A stretch of DNA of 63,901 nucleotides, the filler included, from Reclinomonas americana ATCC 50394 (Eukaryota): the NCBI GenBank assembly GCA_048213135.1. It is 9 parts of 9 records of this genome, joined end to end, with 100 filler letters (N's around TTAATTAATTAA, not from the genome) between each part and the next. Parts side by side here need not be neighbours in the genome. Positions count along the whole stretch, not along the records: positions 1 to 13,032 come from AFZH01019738.1; positions 13,133 to 18,388 come from AFZH01019739.1; 7 more parts are not named here. The stretch is one strand, 5' to 3'. The translations under genes and the position numbers were made by a program. Below the pieces are notes generated by a model. The model had not been told where the DNA came from. It made no database searches and saw only the letters and a list, made by a program, of their open reading frames with translations. This document shows, piece after piece, positions 1-13,192 of the stretch; position 1 is the first letter of the stretch; each line of letters starts with the position of its first letter.

Positions 1-47
1 CACGAGACACGCACGTGAGGGTGAGCAGGGAGGGTGGCGAGAGCTCA

Positions 48-1600
48 TTACTGAATAGACGCAACAGATGCGAGTGACTCCGATTGCGCAATGAAACGAC
101 CCTGCGAGACGCAAAAAAGAAGTGGTGAGCAGCCAGGCGGTCGCAGTCGGTGCGTGATGCACACGCAACAAATATAAGCATTCAGTGCCGTCGACAAGAT
201 CAGCGTGGCCACCAGCACTGGATCGTAGTGCGCCTTCACGAAAATGGCGTGCAGCAGAGTGATTTGCACGGGAACGCAAAGGAGCAGTGTTTGGAGAGCC
301 AGCAACCCAATGGTCGCCATGCGTGGTACTACCTGGCGCTGCGCGGAGCCACAGTCAGACCAAGGTGTGCGTGGACAGAATAATAATTCAATGCTCACAA
401 CGAACCACCAGCGTGCGCTTCTTCCACCACTCGCCAGGCACAAAAATGTCATCGTACAGACAAGCGATCGCCAGCGTCAGCGGTCCCCACAGCACCGTGA
501 TCAACGGCTGCCTGCGTTGCTTTCCTTCCCTGTGAACAGGACTGAGTGTGGCTGCCACAGCACGGGTGGAAGTAGGGCGGTGACGCACATGGTTCGTGGG
601 AAGCAGCTTTGCACACCCACATAAAAACCCAATCCCACCCAATTCAGCGCCATGGCGACAATCAACTGTGTCACAGCGCACGTGTGAGATCACGTGAGAG
701 GCACAGGGGTCACCGCAACGCGACACGCAACAACAATGTAGTGCGCCTGGAACTGTGGAGTCGCCCGCATTACGACAATTGACCACCACTGCATCGCAAG
801 GTGCCCAAAGGCCATAGTCAAACTGGACATCACCAGCACCACTCGGGCGTAAAATTCTTCACCCAGCGTGCCCGGAACTGGCGTCAGGTTGGTGGTGTAC
901 ATACCGTCTGCGCATGTGAAAATAGTGAGCCATGACCACAAAGAAGGCCCGCCACAGCTCGTCCACAAATAACAACAAATCTAAATATGACACAAAGAAC
1001 ACGCGGATGATGGATGCAATGTACTGCACCTACGGCAGGCACTGTCGACCACCAGCAAAGGAGACATGTTAGGCGAGAGCACACACGCCGAGCCATGCGG
1101 TTGCGCGTCAGCAGTCGCCGTATCGTCACCTGCATGGTTGCATGGCGCGTCCACTCAATCATGACACCAATGTGTTTCGTACTCGTCGCCTGCACCGCCC
1201 GCATCGCATACGCCGCCTTCTCCGCCGTATCGGTGCCCGTCCCAAACGCAGCCACTGCTCCCACCTCCTCCAGCGGAGCCGCCTGCTGCACCGACCTGCA
1301 CCACTCGACCACATCTCGTTCGACGCCGAGCGGTCGTATCGCCGCCGGCACCGCCAGCAGACCCGAGATGGCATTGTGCGTGCCCGGAGGCAAGTAGCGC
1401 GACTCGCCCTCCAGGATCACGTCAAAGTACGGGTCGCTGTCGGTGGCCACCGACGGAGCCATGAGAATGCGTGGGGCACGTGTGGCAAAGCCAACACCCT
1501 CCTCCACGTCGTGCACGTGATGATCATCCATGGAATCCCAGGCCGCATGCAGAGGCGTGTGTGCGTCATCTGCAGACAAAGGGGGTGTCGCCGAGGCCAT
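48..1600 (-). CDS. Multi-pass membrane protein of unknown function (about 4 introns)
   Basis: Long first exon from ATG at 1600 (MASATPPLS...). GT-AG joins link hydrophobic exons (ICCYLWTS..., LIVAMALNWVGLGF..., PLITVLWGPLTLAIAC..., MATIGLLALQTLLLC...) to the stop at 48-50. No family recognised. Confidence 0.55.
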
Positions 1601-1980
1601 CTGCCTGGTTACTGTGCGCTCCGACGAGGCGCGAAACAGATTGGATCGTGTGCGGAAATAGCCGCGGACGTCACCAAGGCCCGCCGTGTTTGTGTCAGTC
1701 GAAGCCTGGAGTTGCACCGGTGGATAGCGCTAGTCATGCATGTGCATTCATGTGAGAACGTTACAACAAAAACAAGGCTTCTTCGGGTTGACTTCACGAC
1801 GTCGCTCCGGGAAATCACTCACCAGCGCGCGCACACATACGCACGAGGAGGGCCATCAGTGCACAGCTCGACTCCACGGAAGCTTGCACGTGAGAAAAGA
1901 GAAAGAGAAAGAGGGAGGCAACGTCGCACATGCACGAAAAGTCCTCTCTTCATTGCATCCCCACAACTTTCGTTGCAGTC

Positions 1981-4900
1981 ATGCGCCGTGGTTACCTGCT
2001 GCTCGCCGCTGTGCTTGTGGTGCTCTGCTCCAGTGCGCTGGTGGCGCATGCGTTCCTGCACTCGCACCATGGAGTGCAGTGGCAAGAGTCGACTGACCTT
2101 CCCACTTGGGTCGACCAGAAGCTGTTGCGTAAACACGCACACGCACACCGCGCACGCACGTATAAAGAGAGACCGCCATGCACATTCGCACTGATGCAAT
2201 GCACGCGTGTGAGAGAGAGAGAGTGTGTGATGAACTGATGCAGCACATCGGAGCATTTTGCTGCTCACACACGCACATGCGCATCAGCTCTTCTTCTCCA
2301 ATCTGCCATTGTGTGCATTGACTTTGTGATTGACTGCGGGGGGTCATTGCACATTTTTTCCACAGTGATCATTTCAATCCGTCCGACACGCGAACTTTCA
2401 AGCAGCGGTGAGCGTTGCTCTCTGCCTCTGCCTGCTTCTCTCCTCCACATTCTCATGTTCTCCGCAGCTACTGGGTCGATTCGTCGCACTGGGGTGGCAA
2501 GACTTCGCCTGGTGCGCTGAGAGAAGAGCTCAGTGTGTCGTCCATTCCTGACCTTTGTGTGTGCAGTGTTCATGTACATTTGCGGGGAGGGCGAGGTTCG
2601 TGCGACGTTTGCTTTCCACTGCGTGTGTGTGTTGGTGTCACTGACTGTCATGCATGTTGCAGTGCGGTGGCATTCCCAGCGGATACCTGGTCGACATGGC
2701 CATTGAGTTCCGAGGTCTGTGCAGTTGCATGTTTCGCTCAAAGTGGTACATTCCCTCATGTTCTCCATCGTTTCTGTGCAGGCTTGATCGTGGTGCTGGA
2801 GGTGAGCTGCCGTCTGCTGTTGGTGTGAAGGGATATGTGCCTCACGTTCGTCTTTTGCCCCTCGCCACAGCACCGCTACTACGGCGCGGTAAGTCGTGTG
2901 CATGCTTGCGCTCTCAGACTGTTTGTTCTCATCACCCACGTGTGCACACATAGAGCATGCCTTTCACGGACCTCCGCACCGAGAACCTCGCCTGGCTGAA
3001 CAGCAAGCAGGCGCTGTACGACCTGGCCTACTTCCACCTGTTCATCACCAACGCCATGTCGGTGGACCCGTCGGCTAAGGTGCGCTTTTTCAAACTCTGC
3101 ACGCACTCTTGCTCGCACATGTCGCTGACCATTTACACCCCTCCCCGCCTTGCAGTGGGTGTCTGTGGGCGGTGCGTCCTCCATCGGAATTCGATATTAA
3201 TTTGTGCTTCTCCTCGCATCTCACCTCGCTTTTGCAGGCTCGTACCCCGGTGCCTTGTCCGCGTGGTTCCGGTGTGTACGACCCTTGAGTACCTGTGTTG
3301 CATGCCGTATTCCTCACACACTCGCGCAGCCTCAAGTTCCCGCACCTCGTGGCGGCCAGCTGGAGCTCGTCGGGCGTCGTCAACGCCGTTCTCGATTTCA
3401 CCGATTTTGATCGCCAGATTTCCACGTCGGCCGGTGTCGGTTCGCCTTCTCCCACGCATCCCCTCTCTTGCGAGGTGTTGCGCGACTCACATCGTTCCTC
3501 GTCATCGCAGAGTGCGCCGCCGCCCTGCGCAACGCCACTGCCTCCATTGAGCAGCTGCTGGCGTCGCCGAGCACCAATGCCTCGACCAAGCAACTGTTTG
3601 GTGCCGACCCGACCGATTTCGCCGACGACGGAGGTGGGGCAGATATTTGTGTTGCATGTGATCACATGAAGAGCGAAAGCATCTCATTAATGGTGATCGC
3701 GCAGACTTTTACTACCTGCTGGCCGATTCTGGCGCTCTGGCGTTCCAGTACGGTGCGCGTGTCCACGATGACCCTGCTTGTGTGCACCTCCTGAACTCAC
3801 CGCTCGTGTCAATTGTGCAGGCTACCCCGATGCAGTGGTGCGAAAACAGGCTGCTCTGCGTCTATGTGTATCTCTCTCTCCTCTGTGTATCTGATTCGCT
3901 GCCTCGCATCACAGTGCAAGCCGATGGTGCAAGCTGCGCGCTCTGGTGGCGATCTGGTGCAGGCTTTCGCGACCTACACCAAGTCCTTCTTCTTGCCCAC
4001 GTTCTGCGCCGGCGTCGGTGCTCGTTCGTACAGGTGCGACGCCACCTTCGGTGAGCTTCTACTGATTTATCGTATTGATATCACTGTCTTTTCTTCGCCC
4101 GCATAGCACTCCGCTCCAGGCTACCATTGCCACGACCCCTGCTCGCAATGGTGCGTCTCTTTTCTCCATCTTTTTCACAGTTTCTTGCTTGACTCACATT
4201 TCGTGTGCCTCGCGACAGAGCGTCAGTGGTGGTGGCAGACGGTCAGTACGTTTGCTCGTGGTGAATTAGGAGTGTTTCTAACTTTATGTGCTCGTCTCTT
4301 GTCCTGAATCCAGTGCGCCGAGTTGGCTTACGTTGCGTGGTGGTGACGATTTTGTTGTGGCGGTGACGTTGGTTGTTTCTCACACTCCCTTCACCAATAG
4401 TGGCAGAATGCTCCCGCCACCAACTCGATCCGCTCGAAGGTTTGTGTGCCATTCATGTTCTACGTTTCTCATTTGCTGATCTTTGTCTCACGGTCGATTA
4501 CTCTTGCAGTACCTGGTTTGTTAATTCGTCTTGCTTGCTTCAAGCCACGCCACACTCACTCATTTACCTCTCGTCGTCTGCCTCGCGAAGAACATGGATT
4601 ACCACCACCGGTGAGTGCCGTTGTTTCCAGAGCAGAGGAGAATAGAGGGGAAGACATGGCTGTGCTGTTGCCTCATTCGCTGCTCACTTTTTCTTCCTCG
4701 TGTCTTTGTAGCCACTGCAAGGCTGTGTTTGGCGTTGCGTCCGCATGAACTCGCTTTCGCCTCCTCGACCATGCATCTCACCAAATCTTCTTTGCAGACC
4801 GACATCTGGCCGAACACCGTTGACACCAACAACTACTACGGTGCCACGAACGTGCAGCAGACCAACATCTTCTTTGCGAACGCCAGCCAGGACCCGTGGC

Positions 4901-5212
4901 AGTGGGCCAGTGTGCGCAGCACTCTGTCGCCCACCGAGCCGGCAGTCATCACCACGGTACGATGCTTTCCTCTCACCATGATAGACATCTCGTGCTGACC
5001 TTTTTTTTTCGCATGCACAGTGCTACAACTGCGGGTTGCGTTGCACAGGCGAACTGCATTTTCTTTCCACCGCCGTTTCTCATGCTCCCTTGTTTTTCCA
5101 CAGTCACTGCTCGGACCTGCGCGGCTGCCCCGGCGGTTGCACGGACCCGAACGCTCTGCTCAACACGCGCACGCAGATCCACAACTTCCTCTCGCGCGTT
5201 TTCAACTCGTAG
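1981..5212 (+). CDS. Serine carboxypeptidase, peptidase family S28 (PRCP/TSSP-like), secreted, many introns
   Basis: Signal peptide. Spliced motifs DQKLDHF...FKQRYW, LEHRYYG, QALYDLAYF, GGSYPGALSAWFRLKFPHL (catalytic Ser), QDPW and GHCSDL. Stop TAG at 5210-5212. Confidence 0.93.
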
Positions 5213-5337
5213 AAAAGCACCAGCATCACCATTACGAGTGTGCGCGGGAAGCAAACACAGTAAAAACCCCTTGATGACGTCACCGTGTTCCCGCAATTTT
5301 GTTGCAAACCCTTCGCCACTTGAAGTACTGCAACGCG

Positions 5338-5602
5338 ATGGAAGTTGATCAACCAAGGTGTGCTCTCTCTTCTCTCTCTGTCACTGCTCTTCTCTCGCCA
5401 CTCACTCTCACTCTCTTTCACACACGAAAGTGAGAGTGGACATGTCGGTGGAGGTCGCGCGACTTGCACGTATGCCTTCACTGGCGAGCGCTTCCTCATC
5501 TCTCAGAAGGAGTACGACCAGCAGTACTCACACATGTACTTTTGCCGTCTGATGCAACTGAGACCGCGCATTGCGGAAATGGCGGCCGCGCGTTGGCCAG
5601 GA

Positions 5603-5637
<35 letters not shown>

Positions 5638-7421
5638 CGCTCATGCTCTCTCTCACTGTGCGTGTGTGCTCAGTGCCTGTGGCGGAGCGATTCATGGCCA
5701 TGCAGCAGAACGAGAGAACAGTCATTGTGGGCACATTGTACAAGGACATGCCACTCAAGCCAAACATTCTCGAGGAGATCGCCACCAACGTGCGCTCACC
5801 GTCTGTCTCTTCTCTCTGTGGCAATGAGAGACTCAGTAGCTGTGTGCGCGCAACTGCAGAAACCCATTGCTCCGGTGCAGCGGTTGGCCAAGTACACCAG
5901 CGAGAAGGATGTGGTCATCATTGAGGATGAAAGCGGGCGATTGACACTGGCGGGTGATGCGATTGAACCGGGCTTGTTGTGCACTGGTACGCGGAGTAGG
6001 AGCATGTCCATCTCTCTCCCTGTTGGATTCGTGACTGTGGCGTTGTGAGCAGGCACTGTCGGGGCGTTCCTCGGTGTGGAGGACAGCGTAGGCGAGTTCA
6101 CCGTGGAGGATTTCATGTTTGTGGGCTTGGCGCCGCAGCCGCGTGTGGGTGCGTGCTGCTTCTCAAGAAAACAGCGTTTGTCATGTTGCTAAGCTGTTGC
6201 CGCAGAGTTGCCTCGCGTTCCCACATTTGTGGCCTTGATGTGTGGACTCGGAATCGGCAGCAAGAGCGGCCAGGACCCGTTGCCGCTGCAGCTGGCCACT
6301 GATTTTCTGTCGGGCGCTCTCGGCTCTGACGAGGTACTGTGGCTGACGAGTTCGTTGATGTACTTGTTTGAGGCAGCGCCGCTAACCTGTGATGTGTGTG
6401 CGCACCAGGATCACGAGCTGCAGTCGCGCATCGTCCGCGTGGTGGTGTGTGGCGACACGGTCTCACCGCCCGAAAAGTCGGCATCGGGCCACGATCTGCG
6501 ACAGGTTGCGCGCGTGTGTGTGTGTGTGAAAAGTAATGGAGGGAAGAGGAGCTCACACGGCACGCGTGAATGCGTTCACAGCCCGGCGGTCAGCGTGCGC
6601 AAGCCGAAGTGGCTGCGCCGATGCGCGAGGCCGATGTGCTGTTCACCCAGTTGGCGGCCACAGTTCCGCTGGACATTATGTTTCGTTGGCAATAATAATG
6701 GTGGTGATGTGGTGAAGCTCATCGCGTGATCCACCGCAGGCCGGGCCCGGATGACCCCTCCAACTTTGCCGTTCCACAACAGTCGGTGCATCCGTGCCTG
6801 TTGCCGTGCACCTCACGCTTGTCGTCGGCCCAGCTGGTGCCGAACCCCTACGAGTTTGAGCTGGACGGCGTGCGGTGTGTTTGCGTTGTACACCCCACCT
6901 GTGCACCGTTGCACTCACACGCTCTTGCGCACCACAGCATGCTGGGTGCCTCGGGGCAGACGATTGACGACATTTTGAAGTTTGTCGACACCACCGACGC
7001 CCTGCAGGTGATGGAGTGGACGCTGATGTGGTCGCACATAGCACCGACGGCCCCCGACACGCTCGGTGAGCCTGCGCTCCGTCTCCGCACGCCATTTTTT
7101 CGTCTTCCTCACTAGGAGATCAGGTTCCTATCCGTTCGTCGTCGAGGATCCCTTTGTCTTGGAGCAATGCCCGCATGTGTACTTTATCGGCAACCAATCA
7201 GAATTCGAGTCCCGCACGGTTGTGGGTGCGTTGGCCGCCGAAGTCGCCCTGTCGCCGCAGTTGTCTCTTACCGCTCCATTGCAGGTCCCGACGGCCAACG
7301 ATGCCTGCTCATTCGCGTGCCGCGCTTCACACTGACTCACCAGATAGTACTGGTGGACCTGTCCACAATGACCTGCTCCCCCGTCAACTTTGGCTCCTCA
7401 CTGGCCATGGCCGTCGAGTGA
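5338..7421 (+). CDS. POLD2: DNA polymerase delta small (B) subunit
   Basis: Short first exon MEVDQP, then QYSHMYFCRL, IVGTLYKDMPLKPNILEE, IEDESGRL, MPGPDDPSNFAVPQQSVHPCLLP, HIAPTAPDTLG, DPFVLEQCPHVYFIGNQ. Confidence 0.95.
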
Positions 7422-7503
7422 AGATTGGAAATTGCAGGTGCAATTGCGCGGGAGACTTTGTACAGTGTTGTCATCACGCACAGAGAGAGAGAGAGTGAGA
7501 GGA

Positions 7504-9258
7504 ATGGCACACTCAGGTCTCTCCGAGTTCTACCTTCAGGTGGTGGACAGCGTGAAAAAGCGTGTGGCGCAAGAGATGGGCGCCGAGACAGACTGGAACC
7601 TCAGTGCCGACCTGCTGGATCGCATCGCAGTGGTGAATGGAGTGACAAGACAAGCACACATGCACACGCACATAGAGAGAGAAGCAGAGGAGTGTGTGTG
7701 CATTCACTCATACATATCTCACACATACAGTCATGGGTTCGCAAATTGATGGAGCGTCGCTGCGTGCATGCCAACGAGGCCATTCGACACTACCCGCAAC
7801 TTGCAGCAGTTGCGCTCACACACCTCCTCCTCATTGCCTCCTCATTGCCTCCTCTGTCTCACTCACTGTTCGTCTTGCGCAGCCGGCCTTTGCTCCTCCA
7901 CCGCCTCCTCCGCCTCCTCCTCCTCCTCCACCTCCACCTCCTCCATTCTCTGCCCTGGGTGGAGGCAGTGGCGGCCCTCTGCAACCTCCGCCCACTCCAC
8001 TGCTCGGCAACATGCCAGGCTCGTTCAGCACCGGACTGGTGAGAGAGAGATTCTCTCTGTGGGTCACTTGTCTCGCGCTCACTGACTGTCTTTTGCAGTT
8101 CGCGCCCACACCCTTTGCCAGCACACCCGGTGCTCCTGTGTCGTCGTTTGCCGACATTCCATCACTGGGCGGTGCTGGTGGCGCAGGCGGGAGCTTCCTA
8201 TCTGCACTGGGACTTCCCATGGCCGGATCGATGCCCATGGCCCCGCCAGCGCCTGCACCGGGACTGCCTCCGCCACCGCCGCCTCCGTCACTATCGGCGT
8301 CGTCACTGGGCCACCCGCCGTCGTTCTTGCCGGAGAGCTCGTCGGCCGCGTTTGATCCGTATCGCATGGCGGTGGCGAGTCGTGGCGATCAGCAAGGCGG
8401 CGGTGCGGGTGGTGGACGAGTGCGCACGCCTGTGGCATCTGGCGATGTCGTGCGCAATCACCCGTATGGTGGCGGCACGCTGTTGCCGCCGCCGTCGTTG
8501 ACGCCCAGTGCCATGTCGCCTGCACCGGTGCGTGTGTGTGTGCGTCTATCTCTCGCTCTTTTTGTTCCTGCCTCACTGCGCCACAGTTGCCGTTCTCCTT
8601 TGCAAACCTCGGCATGCCGTCGGTGTCTCACCTGGTTGGCATGCCGCCACCCATGTCGGCGCCGTCGCTGCCACTGCCGCCACCGCCACCTCCGCCTCCA
8701 CCGCGCGCGCCTGGCCAGTTTGACGGGCAAGACGATGACATCCTCAACGCGATGATGGCCGAGGCCGAGGATGACGACGATGACGACGGTGGTGGCCGAA
8801 AAGGTTCGTGTGCGAGGGGAAAGAAGATCCCCTCTGTCAAATTTAATGCTCAACTTGTGCACAGGCAAGGACGATGACGACGATGATGATGACGACGACG
8901 ATGACGATGACGACGACGAGGACGGTGGCAGCTCCAGCAAGCCCAAGGGACGTCCATCGACGGCCGCCGCCCCCGCCTTTGGTGGCGACGAGCTCAACTC
9001 CGAAGACGACCTCGACGACGACGACGACGTGATCCAGAAGGACGTGGAGACCGACAATCTCATTCTGTGCCAGTTTGAAAAGGTACGCGACACAGAAGCA
9101 GGCGTCAACGTCGTGATGTTTTACGTTTTTCGTGTTTTGTGGTGTGGCAGAAACACAAAAACAAGGACCGCTGGAAGTTCCATTTGCGCAACGGGCTCAT
9201 GCATGTCGCCGGCAAGGAGTACTACTTCAAGACCGCGCTTTGCGAGTTGAAGTTCTAA
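7504..9258 (+). CDS. GTF2A1: Transcription initiation factor IIA large (alpha/beta) subunit
   Basis: N-terminal FYLQVVDSVKKRV...W.RKL, Pro-rich and acidic linker, C-terminal DELNSEDD...DNLILCQFEK...RWKFHLRNGLMHVAGKEYYFKTALCELKF*. Confidence 0.9.
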
Positions 9259-9388
9259 CGAAGGACAATGAATAGTCCTTGTGTCGTCCTTTTGGACAAT
9301 CAAAGAGTCGCCACTCACTCACACGCGCGTTGTTGCACCGTCTGATCCTCAGAGACACACGCACACGCACGCGCATCTTACCTCTATC

Positions 9389-12300
9389 ATGAGTCTCTTC
9401 AAGAAGATCTTTGGAGGCAAGAAGAAGGAGGAGCCCGCAGGCTACACTCCGCCTCTGCCTGGTGGAGGTGCCTCTGGTGGTTCTGCTGGTGCTGCATCAG
9501 CTGCAGACGAAGGGCCAACGTATGATCACGCAAAGGCGCTGGCTGCCATCAAGGCCAGAGGCGGCATGTCGGGCGCCTACTCACAGGTCTGCTCACACAC
9601 TCAGTCACACAAAGAGAGAGAGTGTGTTGTTGCTTAATCATCTGCCCTTCTGCTTGTGTGCTTCTCAGGACGGTGACGAGTTGGGCGACGAAGGGTATGA
9701 CACTCCTCTCACACACACTCACGCACTCTCTCCTTCTGTGCTCTTTCTTTGTGTGTATCGTTGACTGCTTCTCTCTATGTGCGTGTGTGTGCGCGTTGTG
9801 TGATCATTTTTTGACTGCGATTTTGCTTTTTTAAGAATGGTGCCACTTCCGATGCATGCGACGCGATCTCTGTTGAGCGAGCCGGAACCCGATTGGCGTT
9901 GCGTCTCTCACTCTCACTTGCACACACTCACACTCATGTGCTCACTCTCACTGTCATCAGAATCGATGAACGCGGCTGGTGGCAAGAAGCGTTTCGTCTC
10001 CTCTCTCACTCGCACCCGATCAATCGTGTTTCTCCGCACCCTCGCTAACTCTTATGTTGTGCAGCCAAGAAAGGCAAACGCGTGGGCAAGAAGAAACGCA
10101 CTGGTGGTGGTGGCGGTGGCGAGGATCTGTCGTTTGCGGGCATGGAGACTGCGGGGAATGGAGGCGATTTGTCGTTTGAGGGCATGGAGATGTCGATGGG
10201 TGGTGATGCGGCGCCACCGCCGCCGCAGCAGCAGCCGCCGAGCAGCAATGGAGCGATGTATAGTGGCAGTCGTGTGCCGCTGTCGTTCATGGGTGCGGCG
10301 TCGCCGGAGCCGACGACGGGTGATACGACGTCGGGTCTGGAGTTCCTTGCCGAGTTGCGCATGGGCGGTGGTGCGCCGTCGGCCGAGGGACACACTCATC
10401 ACAATGGTCATCATCACCACCACCACGATCACGATGACGGTGATGATGATGATGATGACGACGATGACGACGACGATGATGATGACGATGATGACGATGA
10501 TGATGATGGTCACCGTCACCACCGGAACCACCACGGTCACCACCACGATCAGCACAAGCATCAGCAGCAGTCCGATCGTCGCCACCAGCAGCCGGATGCC
10601 ACCAGTCCAAGTTGTGTGTAATGCCTCCTCTCATCCACTCGCGTGTGTTGCGCCGCCACTCACACCGCCTTCCTGCAGCCGAGTCGGGTTTCTCGTTCAT
10701 CACCGGGTCGTCTTCGGCATCCGCGCCATCACCGCCCCCACCTCAAGTGTCCTCCACTGGAAAGACCAAGAGCAAGGGCAAGGTGACGCGCAAACCGCGC
10801 CGCCGCCACGAGGATTCCGAGGACGATGACCACTCGGACAGCGGAGGCGACGACAGGCCGCCACCTCGCGCACCGTCTCCGCCACCGCCACCGCCGCCTC
10901 CGCAACCGGCGGCTGCGACCAAGCCGAAGAAGCCGAAGAAGAGAGTCACCGCCACCACTGGTGAATCCGACTCGCCTCGTTCGAGTGCCTCGTCCACGGC
11001 GACCAGCACTGCCGTCACGGCCAGCTCTCCGACGTTTACCAGTGAGTTGCTGCCGCCGTCGCCGTCGGTCGCACCCAGCTCGAAGGACAAGGACAAATTT
11101 GACGTGCGCGCCGAGTACGAAAAGGTGCGTGCGGAGAGAGGAAGAGGGAGAAAGAGATACTGATCGGGAGCTGACATGCGTTGTTTTCTTTGACGCAGGT
11201 GGCTGCACAGTTCGAAGCCTCGTTGAAACAGGTGCACGACCGCCGACGGACACTGCGTGCCTCGTTCCGCGATCTGTTCCTGTTGAAGCGGGAGACCATG
11301 GGCGAAGTGACACGACTGTCGGCGAGCGAGGAGCAGATGGAGCGCGAGCAGCAGCAGGCGGCCGACGAGGACAACTTTGAGCGTGCGGAGACCCTCACAT
11401 CGCAGCTGGAGATGGTGCGCTCGCAGGCCGAGGCCACGCACAAGACGCTGGCCAACATCGAGGTGCAAATGCGCGAGGCACAAAATCAGATTCAAAAGTA
11501 CCCGCGCGCCGAGATCGAGGCCCGCAGCGAGTACATGCGCCAACTGGGCGCTCTGCGAGATCGGGCGGAAGACTGGCTGGCGCAACACGAGACGCACGTG
11601 GATGAGAACGATCAGAAGGAGGTCGAAAGGTGCGTCGGCTTGTGGTGCGGAACACGATGCATTCCGTGATCACTGAAATCGTCCGTGCAGGTTCAACGAG
11701 GCACTGGACGAGATTGAGCGTGAGCTGCGTCATGTGGCGTTGGATGAGGAGACGTGTGAAACGAAGCGGAGGCGTGTGGAGGAGCAGATTCACAGCAACA
11801 CACACTCGCTGCGCGAGCAGCAGTCGCTGTTGATCGACGACATTATGCAAATCGACGCCGAGATTGAAGAGCTGGAGCGCCGCCTCGCCGAGGCTCGCAG
11901 GAGACGTGACGAGAAGATGTTTCGTGCTGTGTTCGCATTTTGCTGTCTGTCGTCTATGCGTCGTACTCATGCGATGTAACAAAACAAAACTGCAGGGCAC
12001 AGAAGGCGGAGCTCGACTCGACGATTCAAAAGGCCAGTGCCAAGTTCAAGGGCGATCTGGAAAAGGCACTCGCACAACTCGCGAAGCTGGGCGACAAGCG
12101 CAGCTCGATCGAAGCACGCAAGTCGGGAGTGATGACCAAGTTGCGATGTTTCCTTGTTGTTGTTGTTGCACGACGTATTGACTGTGTGGTCACTCAGACG
12201 CACGGCTGTGGAGGAGCGCATGGCTCTGGCGCGGCAGAACGAGGCCGCACAGCGCACGGCTCTGGAATCGCTCTCCGAGCAGATTCAACAGAACGCGGCA

Positions 12301-13146
12301 CTTGTGGCCGAGTTGGAGAAGTTGAGCTCGACGCTGCGTGAGGAGTTCACCACAGCGCAAAAGGCCTCGGAGGTGTCGACTCGTGAGCGACGCGAACTGG
12401 CTCGCGCTCGTCAGCAGCTGCGCGATGCGGCGGAACAGCTGGAGGCCTTGGCCGCCGAGCAGATCCGTCTGCACAACCAAGCGGCGTCCAATCGACAGCG
12501 CGCGGCCTCTGCCGAGCAGCGGCTACCGGAGCTGGAGACAGAGAAGAAGCTGGCAGCGTCGGCGCGCAACTTCAAACTGGCCGCCTCGCTCTCCAAGGAC
12601 ATCAAGGAGATGCAGGAGACGCTGGAGCAGTGCCAGCAAGAGACGCGGCATTTGGAGCAGGCCATTGAGCGGGCGCGCGCACAGGTCGAGGATGCACGGA
12701 CGGCACGCGATGTGGCGTCGCGCAACATGGAGGAGCGGCATCGGGCGGCCGATTTGCAAATCATGCAAGTGTTGGACACGGAGCGTTCGTGGGTGGAGCG
12801 TTTGTCGGCGCAAGCCAAGGAGGACAACAATCTGCAGCAGCACCGCTTGCTGCGTGCCGTGGCCGACGATTTGGCCGAGCAGCAGCGCGCTCTGGAGCTC
12901 AAGTACGGTGGTCAGCTGGCCGCCAAGAAGGCCGTAGAGGCCTTGGCAGAGTCCAGTGCCTCCGCTGCTGCTCCTCCCTCACCGACCACTGCGACCCCAG
13001 CTGCTGCACCTCCCGCGCAACCGGCGGCAGTCNNNNNNNNNNNNNNNNNNNNNNNNNNNNNNNNNNNNNNNNNNNNTTAATTAATTAANNNNNNNNNNNN
13101 NNNNNNNNNNNNNNNNNNNNNNNNNNNNNNNNGTGTTTGTCTCACT

Positions 13147-13192
<46 letters not shown>

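Noticed and set aside
1142..2194. Numerous long overlapping ORFs in the six-frame track
   Set aside because: Expected in GC-rich DNA; they are antisense or off-frame shadows or intron read-throughs.
2124..2365. Possible intronic C/D snoRNA (GTGATGA) in a long first intron
   Set aside because: No suitably spaced D box or terminal stem; the intron is mostly dinucleotide repeats.
5442..5470. Apparent frameshift at the POLD2 start (ATG 5442 out of frame)
   Set aside because: Resolved by an upstream exon (ATG 5338) and a GT-AG intron.
13033..13132. Recurrent TTAATTAATTAA flanked by Ns (eight times)
   Set aside because: Identical 100-nt artificial spacer between contigs, not biological.
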